64,000 nucleotides of DNA from a virus (lineage: Duplodnaviria > Caudoviricetes), in the IMG/VR virus record IMGVR_UViG_3300037067_012456, positions 1 to 64,000 of that record, one strand, 5' to 3'. The notes under the pieces are model-generated. The model was not told the origin of the DNA. It made no database searches and saw only the letters and a list, made by a program, of their open reading frames with translations. Position 1 is the first letter of the stretch; each line of letters begins with the position of its first letter. Shown here piece after piece: positions 26,325 through 36,651 of the stretch. The translations under genes and the position numbers were made by a program.

Positions 26325-27670
26325 TTTCGTATCTCTTTATAGATATTTCCAACAAATTCGGGTTCTTTTCTCATATATTCAAGAAGAGATGACATTCCCT
26401 TAAATTGATCTCCAGTAGAAAGATTATAATATGGACCTGCTCTTTCTATAATATTTTTTATTATTCCTAATTTAACTATTTCTTCTGTATGGTCAATTTC
26501 TCCAGTTTGACAAAAATCTCCATCTCTAAAATAATAATCATATTCAAACATATCACCTGGAGCTGAAATTTTACTTTTTTCTGCTCTTATTCGGGTTCTC
26601 TGACCAACAAAAGTATCTGTAAATTTAGATTCCGTGCCATCAGCTTTTAAAAATGATTCTTTTTTTAATTCTAATATAAAATCCATTAAATGTGCAACTA
26701 CGTGTCCACCAGAATAGCTATCTTTAACAATAAAAGAACCCAATGTACTTCTCATTTGAGAAGTCATAAAAAAAGCTGGTTTATAGGCTTCTGATTCTAA
26801 TTCTAAATCTTTAGAAGCAAAAGCAGCACACATATGTCTTAATAATAAACCATTACTTTTTGGTTCACTACCCATTGTAGCTTGTGATGCATCTCTTTCT
26901 TTTACATATCTAGGTAAACTAGCTTGTACACTGTCCCAAATAATACCATCAATATCATTTGCTTTTATTAATGGCATTATTAATTCTATTCCTTCTTCTG
27001 TATCTTCGGGGTCGCAAACAAGGAGTTCTGAAACAATAACACCACATTTAGTTAAATAATCTTTTGTTGAATCGTGTTCTATTTTATTTATTTCTATGTT
27101 TATATCTTTAAACCACTTTTCGAATAATTTTAATTCTTTTTTTTCTTCGTCAGATATATCTATTTTAGTACTTAGTATTTCAAATAGAGCTGTTTTTTCA
27201 TCATATTCAGATTCTTGAATAATTTCTCCTGTTTTATTTAGAGTTATATTTCTAATAATTTTAATTGCGGGAGTTTCTATTGATAACGACTTTTCATAAT
27301 CTGCTATTAGAAATTTTTTACTTTCAGGAAGATCACATTTACATTCTTGTAGTCCTAAAACATAACGAAGAAATATTGCTCGTTTATCAGAAGAATTATA
27401 AAAATTTGGAAGAATTTTATGACATTTTCTACATAATCTTTGATTATAGGCAATTGTTTGACTCAATAAAGCGTTTTTTCCTGAACTTTTTTGACCAAAA
27501 AGTAAATGTCTTCTTTTATACCCCCAACCTCCTCCAGTTAATTCATCTACTAATACTGATCCAGAAAACATTCTTTTTAATTGGAATGAATTTGCCTTAT
27601 CTAAGGTTGTTATTTTAGTAGTTTTAAATGATTTATTAATCTCTTTAATACTTGCTGGTAATTCAAACAT
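26321..27670 (-). CDS. recA: RecA/UvsX-like recombinase with large insertion
   Basis: SGS..VD...GGG, FGQKSSGK, IWDSV, SQMR, SGG. Confidence 0.85.
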   Translation of the reverse strand: MFELPASIKEINKSFKTTKITTLDKANSFQLKRMFSGSVLVDELTGGGWGYKRRHLLFGQKSSGKNALLSQTIAYNQRLCRKCHKILPNFYNSSDKRAIFLRYVLGLQECKCDLPESKKFLIADYEKSLSIETPAIKIIRNITLNKTGEIIQESEYDEKTALFEILSTKIDISDEEKKELKLFEKWFKDINIEINKIEHDSTKDYLTKCGVIVSELLVCDPEDTEEGIELIMPLIKANDIDGIIWDSVQASLPRYVKERDASQATMGSEPKSNGLLLRHMCAAFASKDLELESEAYKPAFFMTSQMRSTLGSFIVKDSYSGGHVVAHLMDFILELKKESFLKADGTESKFTDTFVGQRTRIRAEKSKISAPGDMFEYDYYFRDGDFCQTGEIDHTEEIVKLGIIKNIIERAGPYYNLSTGDQFKGMSSLLEYMRKEPEFVGNIYKEIRK

Positions 27671-28178
27671 GTTATTCTCCTATTTTAATTAATTGTAGCA
27701 TATGTTCGGGTTCTTTTGTTGTTTTATCAAAAGTTTCACTCATTAAATCATATTGATTAAAATAACAAGTACGATAATTATCATTTTCAATATGTTCACA
27801 TTTAGTAATAATATATATTGTATTATCTGATTCTCCTGTTGCAAGTATTGGTATTAATTGGTTTTTTATTTTAACTTTATCTCCTAATTTAAATTTAAAG
27901 GGGTTTTCTAAATCCCATAGTCTTTTATTTACTCTTTTTTGGTAGTTATAAAATTCTTTTTCTAATTTATTATTTTTTCCAAACATGTTATTTACTCCTT
28001 TTTTTATTCTTTTTAATATATTTTTGACAATCTTTAAGATCTACACATTCCATTTTAATTTTATGATGTATAACTCCCTCAATATTTAAAAGTACTTCAG
28101 GATACATTCTTCCACATCTAGTACATTCAGAATGTGACCAATATGGCAATCTATTAAGATCTAAATTTATATTATTTT

Positions 28179-28538
28179 TCATTTTTGTTCTTTACTCCAT
28201 TCCCATATCATTCTAGGGAATGATTTATTTTCATCAAATAATTCATTTTTTAAAATAATAATTTTTTTATTTAAAGCAAAAGCCATGCCAAGATCAAAAT
28301 GAATTCCTTGAGAATCAGAGGAATAAAATACAGCAATTTCATCAGCATCTTGAATTGCTTGTTTATTTTGTAAACAAATATCAAATCCTCTTGCTTCTTG
28401 ATTAGTATCTCTATGAGGAAGATGGACTTTATATCCATTTTCTTCTAAATCTTTTACAAATTCCTCCAGACTTCTTTTATATTCTTCATCTGCATTTCTT
28501 ACTTTACATATAATAAACATTTTTTTCATTTTTGCCAC
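28179..28538 (-). CDS. nucleoside 2-deoxyribosyltransferase-like protein
   Basis: VHLPHRD...AIQDAD...SQGIHFDLGMAFALNKKI. Confidence 0.75.
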   Translation of the reverse strand: MAKMKKMFIICKVRNADEEYKRSLEEFVKDLEENGYKVHLPHRDTNQEARGFDICLQNKQAIQDADEIAVFYSSDSQGIHFDLGMAFALNKKIIILKNELFDENKSFPRMIWEWSKEQK

Positions 28539-31500
28539 CTATCTTGTATATCCAAATCTGCTTTCAACTTAATTGTTATTTTTGGTACATCTTTAGTTAA
28601 AAAAGAAACCATTTGTTGTGATGTATCATAAATTTCTGTTTCAGGACATTCTGTCATAATAGAGTCATGAATAGTAGCAACAACCATAGATTTCTTTTGA
28701 GCATCTTCTAACCAATTTGTTAATTTAATAACAGCCATATTAGTAATATCACCTGAACTATTATGAGTAATTACTCCTTCGCACATGAATTTTCCAGAAT
28801 CACTATTTATTACATCAAACATTTCTATTTCTTCATTATAAAATTTTATATCTTTTATTGAAAGAGATTCACCAATAACACCATCTTTAATTTTTCCAGT
28901 ATTTTTAGAAAAACGTCTTGTTTTTTTAAAATTTAAAAAACCTATTTCATTTTTAAATTTTATAGAATCTCTTTTTAATACTCTAACATTTATTCTATCA
29001 CTACAAAAATGCAATCTGGATCTAATACCAAATATTTCAAGAGCACGTTGAATATCTCTAGCATATTCTTCATAGAAATGTATTTTTCCAAATGTTAAAG
29101 TAATATTATTTTTATATCCAATTGTTCCATCTCCATCAAACATTCCTACAAGAAATCCCCTTAGTAATTCTTTATTTTGAAAACAAATATCTGGAATTTT
29201 TTGTTTAAAATTATAATTACATAATTGTCTTCCTAATAAAACAGATGAAATTGTATAACGAAATATAGTTTGTTTATTTGGTCTTTTAATAATTTGTTTT
29301 GAATATTTAAATGGAATTATATTTTCTATTATAGAACAAATATTTTTTTCATGTTCTGCTACTAATAAATAAACAAATTTATTACTAATAGACCCATCTG
29401 ACACAACACGCCCTAAAAAAATTCCTTTTTCATAATCATCCTTTATATCTTCTATAGAGTATAAAGATGTATTTGCTATACCATTTGGAGCTTTCCAATG
29501 AGTCGTTATTTTTTCTCTTAAAAAACTATTAGATTTAAATCCATTATTCTCTTTTTTGGAGAATCTAACTCTAATATTAGTTTGTTCTGACATTTTCTTT
29601 ACTGTTTTGAAAGATTCTTTTCCTTTTGTATTAATAGTTAAAAATTTATGATCTGGACTACATATTATTTTTTTATTTCCCCAAAAAATTACTTCTACTT
29701 TTTGTTTTAATCCCGAAGATGCTATAAAAGCAGATACATATTTATCTCCATCCCAAAGTTCTACCTTTTCATTAACTACATCTTTTATTTTAATATACCC
29801 TCTATTTTTTATTAAAATATGCATAGACCCTTCTAAACATCCCTGGACTCTCGTGTTGACTGCCCTACGTTCAGCTTCTGCTCTTGAAAACTCGTTTGAA
29901 CTATTAATTTTTGGTAAGTATCTTCTTCTACCATATAATGTTTCTACATATCCAAATTGTCTAGCAAATTCTATAGTTTCATTAATCCAACTAGATACTT
30001 TAGGATAGGCTGTAAAAAATTTATTCATGAATAATTGTGCTTTTTGAACAGAAATATTAAGATCTTCTGCTAAAGATTCTGCTGAAATCAAATAAGCAAT
30101 TCCAAAATTAATAGAGTTATGCACTAAAAGTCCATTTAACCAATATAAGTGATCTTTAGATTTAACTTCAATATCAACTAATTTTCCTGTTTCTATAGTA
30201 TCTATCCATCTAACAGTATTTTCATAATTTTTAACAAAAACTTTTTTTGTTTTAAGAGTATTTATATGTGTTAAATATCTTTTTTCTAAATTTTCTTTTT
30301 TCCATGAACATTTTATAACATTTGCCAAATGTAATTTTTTAATTGCCTCTGCTTGTAAATTTATAGTATAATACATTTTTTTATATTTTTTATTCCAACT
30401 ACAATTTATACTATATGGATAATCTAAAATTTTTAATAAAACAGTTAAATCTTGTAATAATGTCCAATGTTTTGTTGTTATTGATGTCATACTTATTGGA
30501 GATATGGTACCATCTGTATCAATCAAACCTCCAATAAAATTTTCCATTACTTTTTTTCCACCATTAAATATCCATAATGGTATTTTAAATGTTTTTGAAG
30601 TGGGTGTTGCTAATTCTAAAAAATTAAAGAACCTTCTTATCTTTGTACTACCAATATAAATAGAAGCAGAATAACTTGAACCATTTTTACCTCTTTTATA
30701 TTCTTTTTTTATTGTTTTAATTCCTACATCTAAAAATGCATTAGAAATAGTCTCTCTCCAAATATCATAATTATCTGTTCCAGCACCTGTTGATATAGAA
30801 ATATATTTACCACCCCAACAACCATCTCCTGTAAAAATACCTGCTATATAAGCCCATCGTTCATCTAATGTTAATTCAAAATCAGTAGCTCCTACATCAT
30901 CAAAAAATGGATTAAATTTAAGTTTAACTGGATTGGTCTCTAATAATTCTTTAGTATTTATTATGGGTGCTTCATATAAAACATCTTCTGTTGTTATATC
31001 ACTTGCTTTTTTAATAATATTATTTTTTAATTGTATTTTATGATTCAAAGAACATACAATAACATTTCTTTTAGATACAATTAATATTTTTTTATCATTA
31101 TTATTTTTATAATTTGATTTTATTTCTATATTTTCTTCTCCATTCCAAATAATACCATCTTTTTTAACAAAAGTATCATTTTGTTGATTAATATCTATTA
31201 AATTACCAATTCTATTTATTTTATTATTATAAATTAATAAAGAATCTGGATCTACACATTTGGCTGCGGATCTAGCTTCACTATGTTTTGGATTTTCTTT
31301 ATCAAAATCTTTAATATTAATATTATTAAATTCACAAGCTGTACGAGTATGAAAATCATGACCACTTTCAAATGCATTAATCATATTTTCATCACCAGAC
31401 AAAAATGCCAACATCCTTAGTTCTATTTGACTTAAATCTGCAAGTACAAGTTTAGATCCTTTTTCTGGTATAATAATTCCTCTTATTTTATTATCTTTAG

Positions 31501-33265
31501 GAATTGTGTGAATAGCACTACTTAATCTTCCAGTTACTGTTAATTGTTTATATTCTGGATAATATCTATGAGTTTTTTTATCAGCTTGTTTTTTTAATCC
31601 AATTAAATAAGTAGAATTTTGTTTTTGTAATTCTCTGTATTCTAGAATACCTTTAAGTATTGGTTTTTGTTTCATATAAAATTCAATAGCTGCTTCATTA
31701 GCTGCTGGTTTTTTACCTTTTTTAGTTGTAAATTTTTTATTTGGTATTAATCCCAATTTATTATACATTAAATTACCAATTTCTTTACTAGAATTTAAAT
31801 TAAATTCATAACCAATTTTAGTAAAAAATTTTGTTTTTATCTTTTCTATTTCAATATCATTTTCTACTTTTATCTTATCTATATAATTAAAATCTAATTT
31901 TATACCAGTAAGTCTAACTTCAACTAATGAACGACACAATGGCATAATAATACCATAATATAATTCTGAATTATTCTTATCTATTATTGTTTTTAAATTT
32001 TTAGCTATACGATAAGTAACATCAGAATCCATTGCAGAGTAATACTCACCTGGAGTTAATTCAAATTCCTTTAATTTTGCTTCTTTTGTAGTAGCTAAAT
32101 AATCTCTTATACCTACCAAATATTTATCATATTCAGTAATAGCATCTTTGTCTAATACAGTATAATCAGCACTATTAAATAATTCCATTTGGGAGTCTTT
32201 TTCTCCCTCTTCCTCTTCTTCAATAAGAGCATCTTGATATGCTTTTATACCACCATATTTATTTAGAATACTTTTATAACCACCTTCTGTAGTTAATAAC
32301 CAAGACATTGTATCCAATGCAAATAAGGAGTTTCCAGCACCACCTTCTGCTTTCATATTTAACATATGAAATGCTAACATTGTATCAAATATTTTTTTAT
32401 TTACTTTATATCCACATTGTCTTAAAAACATTAAATCAAAATGAGCATTATGTAATATCTTTTCATTGTCTGTTATTAAAAATTCTGAAAATAAATCATT
32501 AAATTCCAATAGATCTGACCATTTAATGTGTACTCCCTCACCAATAGCCTTACAAAAGGAGATATCTGTAATTCTATCTTCTCTATGATTTAAACCGGTT
32601 GTTTCTATGTCTAATGCTACGGATGGGGCTTTTATTAATTCAGTTAAATAATTCTTAATTTTAACTGGATCTTTTAACGTAATAGGTTTACTTTTAATAG
32701 TTCTTGCTTGTGGTAATTCTGATATTTTTTTTGCTAATTCTAAATCAGAAATAAATTCATTTAAAAGTTGATTATCCTGTTGTCTTATTAAATAAGCAGG
32801 ATGATATGTAGGTATTACAGTAGTATTTAATTCAGGAATATAAAATTTTTGACCACGAGCTACTTCTATACTTATACCTAATTTTAATAATTGTACAGTT
32901 GCTATTTTACCAACAGCAATAATAACTGTAGGTTTAATTTTTAATACAGTTTCCATTGTAAATGCTCTACAACATTCAATTTCTAATGGGGAAGGAGTTC
33001 TATTAGAACCATCTGAATTTGAGGGTCTGCACGATACTGAATTATCTATATAGCAATCTATATTAAGTTTAGTTAGATAGTTTTGTAACAATGAACCAGA
33101 AGATCCTATAAATGGAGTATTTGCCATATCTTCATCTTTCCCGGGTGCCTCGCCCAATACTAGAATTTTGGCATTAGGATTTCCTCTTCCATTTAAATGT
33201 GGATGTATACATTGTTTAAAAAGACCACAACGAGTACATAAAAAGTTTTTAGTATTATAATCCAT
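28526..33265 (-). CDS. polA: family A DNA polymerase with N-terminal family-4 uracil-DNA glycosylase domain and two inteins
   Basis: GEAPG/HPAY UDG motifs; exonuclease DIETTG and HN..FD; TGRLSS; DLSQIELR; RSAAK|SINFG; HDS. Confidence 0.93.
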   Translation of the reverse strand: MDYNTKNFLCTRCGLFKQCIHPHLNGRGNPNAKILVLGEAPGKDEDMANTPFIGSSGSLLQNYLTKLNIDCYIDNSVSCRPSNSDGSNRTPSPLEIECCRAFTMETVLKIKPTVIIAVGKIATVQLLKLGISIEVARGQKFYIPELNTTVIPTYHPAYLIRQQDNQLLNEFISDLELAKKISELPQARTIKSKPITLKDPVKIKNYLTELIKAPSVALDIETTGLNHREDRITDISFCKAIGEGVHIKWSDLLEFNDLFSEFLITDNEKILHNAHFDLMFLRQCGYKVNKKIFDTMLAFHMLNMKAEGGAGNSLFALDTMSWLLTTEGGYKSILNKYGGIKAYQDALIEEEEEGEKDSQMELFNSADYTVLDKDAITEYDKYLVGIRDYLATTKEAKLKEFELTPGEYYSAMDSDVTYRIAKNLKTIIDKNNSELYYGIIMPLCRSLVEVRLTGIKLDFNYIDKIKVENDIEIEKIKTKFFTKIGYEFNLNSSKEIGNLMYNKLGLIPNKKFTTKKGKKPAANEAAIEFYMKQKPILKGILEYRELQKQNSTYLIGLKKQADKKTHRYYPEYKQLTVTGRLSSAIHTIPKDNKIRGIIIPEKGSKLVLADLSQIELRMLAFLSGDENMINAFESGHDFHTRTACEFNNINIKDFDKENPKHSEARSAAKCVDPDSLLIYNNKINRIGNLIDINQQNDTFVKKDGIIWNGEENIEIKSNYKNNNDKKILIVSKRNVIVCSLNHKIQLKNNIIKKASDITTEDVLYEAPIINTKELLETNPVKLKFNPFFDDVGATDFELTLDERWAYIAGIFTGDGCWGGKYISISTGAGTDNYDIWRETISNAFLDVGIKTIKKEYKRGKNGSSYSASIYIGSTKIRRFFNFLELATPTSKTFKIPLWIFNGGKKVMENFIGGLIDTDGTISPISMTSITTKHWTLLQDLTVLLKILDYPYSINCSWNKKYKKMYYTINLQAEAIKKLHLANVIKCSWKKENLEKRYLTHINTLKTKKVFVKNYENTVRWIDTIETGKLVDIEVKSKDHLYWLNGLLVHNSINFGIAYLISAESLAEDLNISVQKAQLFMNKFFTAYPKVSSWINETIEFARQFGYVETLYGRRRYLPKINSSNEFSRAEAERRAVNTRVQGCLEGSMHILIKNRGYIKIKDVVNEKVELWDGDKYVSAFIASSGLKQKVEVIFWGNKKIICSPDHKFLTINTKGKESFKTVKKMSEQTNIRVRFSKKENNGFKSNSFLREKITTHWKAPNGIANTSLYSIEDIKDDYEKGIFLGRVVSDGSISNKFVYLLVAEHEKNICSIIENIIPFKYSKQIIKRPNKQTIFRYTISSVLLGRQLCNYNFKQKIPDICFQNKELLRGFLVGMFDGDGTIGYKNNITLTFGKIHFYEEYARDIQRALEIFGIRSRLHFCSDRINVRVLKRDSIKFKNEIGFLNFKKTRRFSKNTGKIKDGVIGESLSIKDIKFYNEEIEMFDVINSDSGKFMCEGVITHNSSGDITNMAVIKLTNWLEDAQKKSMVVATIHDSIMTECPETEIYDTSQQMVSFLTKDVPKITIKLKADLDIQDRWQK
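28760..29839 (-). mobile_element. intein 2 in PolA
   Basis: NTRVQG|CLEGSM...ITHN|SSGDI; LVGMFDGDG. Confidence 0.92.
30116..31258 (-). mobile_element. intein 1 in PolA (motif B)
   Basis: RSAAK|CVDPDS...LVHN|SINFG; IGGLIDTDG. Confidence 0.92.
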
Positions 33266-33431
33266 TATTGTATATCCACAAAATCTCCATCATCATTTAA
33301 AACTTTACCTTCAGAGAAATTTTCAAGAATTTCATCTATTATATCTACTATAAATACAGCTCCTGCATAACTACTACCAAGTAACATTTCTTCGTTTATT
33401 AATTCTTCACGTTCTTGTTTACTAAGAAAAC

Positions 33432-33971
33432 TCATATTAAATTTTTGTCAATACTTTCATTTATTTTATTTAAAACATCTATTTGATATTTTTTTAAATC
33501 AACATTAATTTTTCTATTAAAAATATAATCAAAATCATGAGCGATTCTAGAAAGAACATATGCATCTGCTTGGTCATTTTGTCTTATTTCTACACCAAAA
33601 TTTTTAAATACATCTAAAATAATTAATCCTTTTTCTCCTTTACCTTGACCAGATACATATTTTTTTAATTGTAAAGGAACCACCTTTAATAAAGGTAATC
33701 CCATTTTAAATAGATTGGTTTTAACCAATCCTGACCATTCTCCCATAGAAAATTGTTGACCGTCTGCTCTAAAAGCGGGAGTTTCATATGCTGATAAAAA
33801 TATTTTCTCTTTATAAGGAGAAAGTATTTTTAATAACATCTCTTCTAAAAAGAAGAGTCTTTCTGTTTCTCTGGCCTCTACATGTAATAATTCTTTAATT
33901 ATAATATTATAATCATCATCAATTATTACAATACCCGTTCCAGTTAGTGATAAATCTAATCCTAGATACAT
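33432..33971 (-). CDS. RuvC-like Holliday junction resolvase
   Basis: LGLDLSLTGTG, YE, LKKYVSG.G...K, DQADAY. Confidence 0.88.
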   Translation of the reverse strand: MYLGLDLSLTGTGIVIIDDDYNIIIKELLHVEARETERLFFLEEMLLKILSPYKEKIFLSAYETPAFRADGQQFSMGEWSGLVKTNLFKMGLPLLKVVPLQLKKYVSGQGKGEKGLIILDVFKNFGVEIRQNDQADAYVLSRIAHDFDYIFNRKINVDLKKYQIDVLNKINESIDKNLI

Positions 33972-33979
33972 TATTAAAT

Positions 33980-34013
33980 TAAATAAACCCCTATTTTACT
34001 AGGGATTTATTTA
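33980..34013 (-). terminator. intrinsic terminator after the SSB-like gene
   Basis: hairpin aaatcccta/taggggttt followed by T-rich sequence. Confidence 0.55.
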
Positions 34014-34020
34014 TCCTTAT

Positions 34021-35190
34021 TTATTGATATACTGCTCCGCAATGTGGGCATACTGTAGCTTTTGTACTAAAAAGATTGTTACATACACTACAGGGTTCTA
34101 GAAGTTTATCACCACATTTAGGACAGATAATAGAATCTTCTGGAATCAATACAGCACAAGTAGGACAAGGAATCATTTTAGTATTTGCAGGTACCGCAGG
34201 AGTAGTACTAGGGGTTACTAAACGCCTACCACTAGATACAGGAGGAGTTACAGGAGCTTTTGAAGCCTCAAAAGGTATATTATTATCATTAAAAGGATTA
34301 TCTATTGGTGCTTGCATAGGAGGAGTTACTTGCATAGCTGTTTTATTATCTTTGTTTTTTTCCCAAAGTTCTTGTTCAATAGATGCTTGTTTTTCCATTT
34401 CTTGATAATAATTTGTTCCCATAGCAACATCCATTCTTTTTATTTTATTAGGAATATGCTTTAGGCAATAATATGCAGATGAAAGTCGTGTAACTTCTTT
34501 TAGGTCATATTTCATATATTGCTTTTCGTCAACAGAAAGTTCACCAGCAACAGCATGAGCTACACCAGGACCTGCTTTTAGCATAGAATGAACTGTTTTA
34601 GAACCAGCTCCTTGTTTAATATAATTAATATCATATTCTTCTACTTTAGGACCATCATTTTCCATAACTGCTTTAAGAGCAGTAAGAGCTTTTTGTCCCA
34701 ATTTAATAATTTTAGTGTGCTTATTAGCCATACACCAATAAACATTTTGATTATCAACTATTTCGGGTGTACGCTGAATAGCATTATACATCCATTCATC
34801 TTTGGGTTTAGCAGAACCAGTTCCTTGATAAGAATCATTCCAATATTCAGTCATTATTTTATACAATTCAGGATCTTTTGCTTGATATGTAGGAGTTGCA
34901 CCAAATTTAGTTTTTTTGGTTTCAAAATATCCACCATTATAAAAATTCTTTTTATCTCCAAACATCCTACCTAAAATACTTATTCCTTCATGTTCATTTT
35001 TTATAATGAATGGACGAATAACATTATCATCGCACATAATCCAAGATATATTGTAAGAAATTAGAGAATCTTTTCCGTCAACCAATCTAAATACGTTAGG
35101 TACATTAGTAGTTACTTTAATTTCCTTTGCATATTCCCGTTCTCCCCCAGTTTCTGGAAACCCTCCAGTGATTTCTTCAAATTTTCCCAT
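34021..35190 (-). CDS. putative single-stranded DNA-binding protein with C-terminal double zinc ribbon
   Basis: position in the replication cluster, Pro-rich linker, four CxxC pairs at the C-terminus; SSB role inferred. Confidence 0.5.
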   Translation of the reverse strand: MGKFEEITGGFPETGGEREYAKEIKVTTNVPNVFRLVDGKDSLISYNISWIMCDDNVIRPFIIKNEHEGISILGRMFGDKKNFYNGGYFETKKTKFGATPTYQAKDPELYKIMTEYWNDSYQGTGSAKPKDEWMYNAIQRTPEIVDNQNVYWCMANKHTKIIKLGQKALTALKAVMENDGPKVEEYDINYIKQGAGSKTVHSMLKAGPGVAHAVAGELSVDEKQYMKYDLKEVTRLSSAYYCLKHIPNKIKRMDVAMGTNYYQEMEKQASIEQELWEKNKDNKTAMQVTPPMQAPIDNPFNDNNIPFEASKAPVTPPVSSGRRLVTPSTTPAVPANTKMIPCPTCAVLIPEDSIICPKCGDKLLEPCSVCNNLFSTKATVCPHCGAVYQ

Positions 35191-35217
35191 GTTTAGTCTC
35201 CTATTTTATTATTTATA

Positions 35218-35781
35218 TTAATTTCTGTACCATGTACAGTTTATTAATTCTTGTTTATTATTAAATTTTTGCAAATAATTAAATCCGTAAAATCCAGTTT
35301 TTGTTCCTTTTTTTCTTAGATTATCATTTAAAATTAAATTATCATCTTGAAATTTTTTTAATGTTGGAATAGAAGCAAATCCACATATTAAAACTGTATT
35401 ATAATTCCAAATTATTGTTATTATTTCTGGTCTTTGTACTTTTTTATGTACTATTGGGAATTTACCATATTCAACTGCCTTTATTCCTATATTTAATCCT
35501 AAAGGGAGTAAATCTGCTTTATTATAATCTTTAGAATCTCCAATAGACCAATCAATAAAAGATTCTTTTAAAAAGAGTTCTACTGCTATTTCTCCTTTAA
35601 TTCCAGTTAAAGTTCTTTTATATTCTTTATCTCCATCTTTTTGATGTTGATATTCAGATAATTTTCTATCTGCTTTTTTAATAGCAAAATTAATTGCTAT
35701 TTCTATATTTTTTTCTGATAGCGTTATTTTTATATAATCTTTAATATATTTTTCTATTTCTTCTTTATAATTATGAAACAT
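35218..35781 (-). CDS. PD-(D/E)xK-like hypothetical protein
   Basis: GIKGEIAV...ADL...GIK pattern. Confidence 0.45.
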   Translation of the reverse strand: MFHNYKEEIEKYIKDYIKITLSEKNIEIAINFAIKKADRKLSEYQHQKDGDKEYKRTLTGIKGEIAVELFLKESFIDWSIGDSKDYNKADLLPLGLNIGIKAVEYGKFPIVHKKVQRPEIITIIWNYNTVLICGFASIPTLKKFQDDNLILNDNLRKKGTKTGFYGFNYLQKFNNKQELINCTWYRN

Positions 35782-35783
35782 GA

Positions 35784-36278
35784 TTATCTTGGAACAGTAT
35801 TAAAATCCTTCATCGCATGAAGTTTAAAACCAAAACTTTCTAGGCTAGAAACAACTCGTTTCATAACTCCATGTTTATATTTTTCTTTACTTATCAAATT
35901 TTTATATTCTTGATATTCTTTTTCAAAATGCGTTTTAATGAGATTTTCTTTCTCTTTCTCAGTACGTTTATTTTTTGAAGGTAAAGGAAATATAGTATCT
36001 ATTTCAATATATTTTTTAGATTGCCACAGATCAAATTCATCTTCAAGAAGTTGAAGTACACGACTTTGAGATTCTAAAATTATGCTATAAATAAATAATT
36101 TTCTAGAAATCTCATTTATTTCTTTCATAACTAATAGTGGATCACCATAGTTAGCTAATTCTAGTATTTTAGAATCGAAAGAAACGTGTTCAGATGGTAG
36201 AGAGGTATAAGTATTGTTTTCTTTAAAAAGTTTATATTCCTCTGATATAGTCCCAAAAATATCTTCTATTTTTCCCAT
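35784..36278 (-). CDS. helical protein, possibly a UvsY-like recombination mediator
   Basis: helical composition, TEKEKE motif, location near SSB. Confidence 0.4.
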   Translation of the reverse strand: MGKIEDIFGTISEEYKLFKENNTYTSLPSEHVSFDSKILELANYGDPLLVMKEINEISRKLFIYSIILESQSRVLQLLEDEFDLWQSKKYIEIDTIFPLPSKNKRTEKEKENLIKTHFEKEYQEYKNLISKEKYKHGVMKRVVSSLESFGFKLHAMKDFNTVPR

Positions 36279-36331
36279 ATTTCCCCTGTTTGTTTACTTT
36301 ACTTTCCATAAATTTACTCAATATTCTTTTA

Positions 36332-36526
36332 TTAGTCAACTGTTTTTTGATTTTCTTCTTCAATTAATATTTGCATTTCTTTTTCTATTAATTTTTGGAT
36401 TATGTCAGATGTCTTTGTAACATGTAATTTTTTACCAATTTCTTCCAACATTAGCTTATGTTTTGGAAGTAATGATACTGACAAATTTTTTGCTTTTCTT
36501 TCATCTGATATTTTTACTCTTCCCAT
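36332..36526 (-). CDS. RHH DNA-binding protein
   Basis: NLSVSL...SDIIQKLIE. Confidence 0.6.
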   Translation of the reverse strand: MGRVKISDERKAKNLSVSLLPKHKLMLEEIGKKLHVTKTSDIIQKLIEKEMQILIEEENQKTVD

Positions 36527-36563
36527 AATATTTTATTTTCCTTTCATTTTTAAAATTAAATAC

Positions 36564-36622
36564 TTGACTTATTTTGTCATTATTATTATATAATATATAA
36601 TATATTATTAGTAATTTGTCAA
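36564..36622. promoter_or_regulatory. overlapping opposed sigma70-type promoters
   Basis: plus-strand TTGACT at 36564 and minus-strand TTGACA at 36622 share an AT-rich -10 region. Confidence 0.55.
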
Positions 36623-36651
36623 CTAAAAAATAATATTAAGGGGAAAATTTT

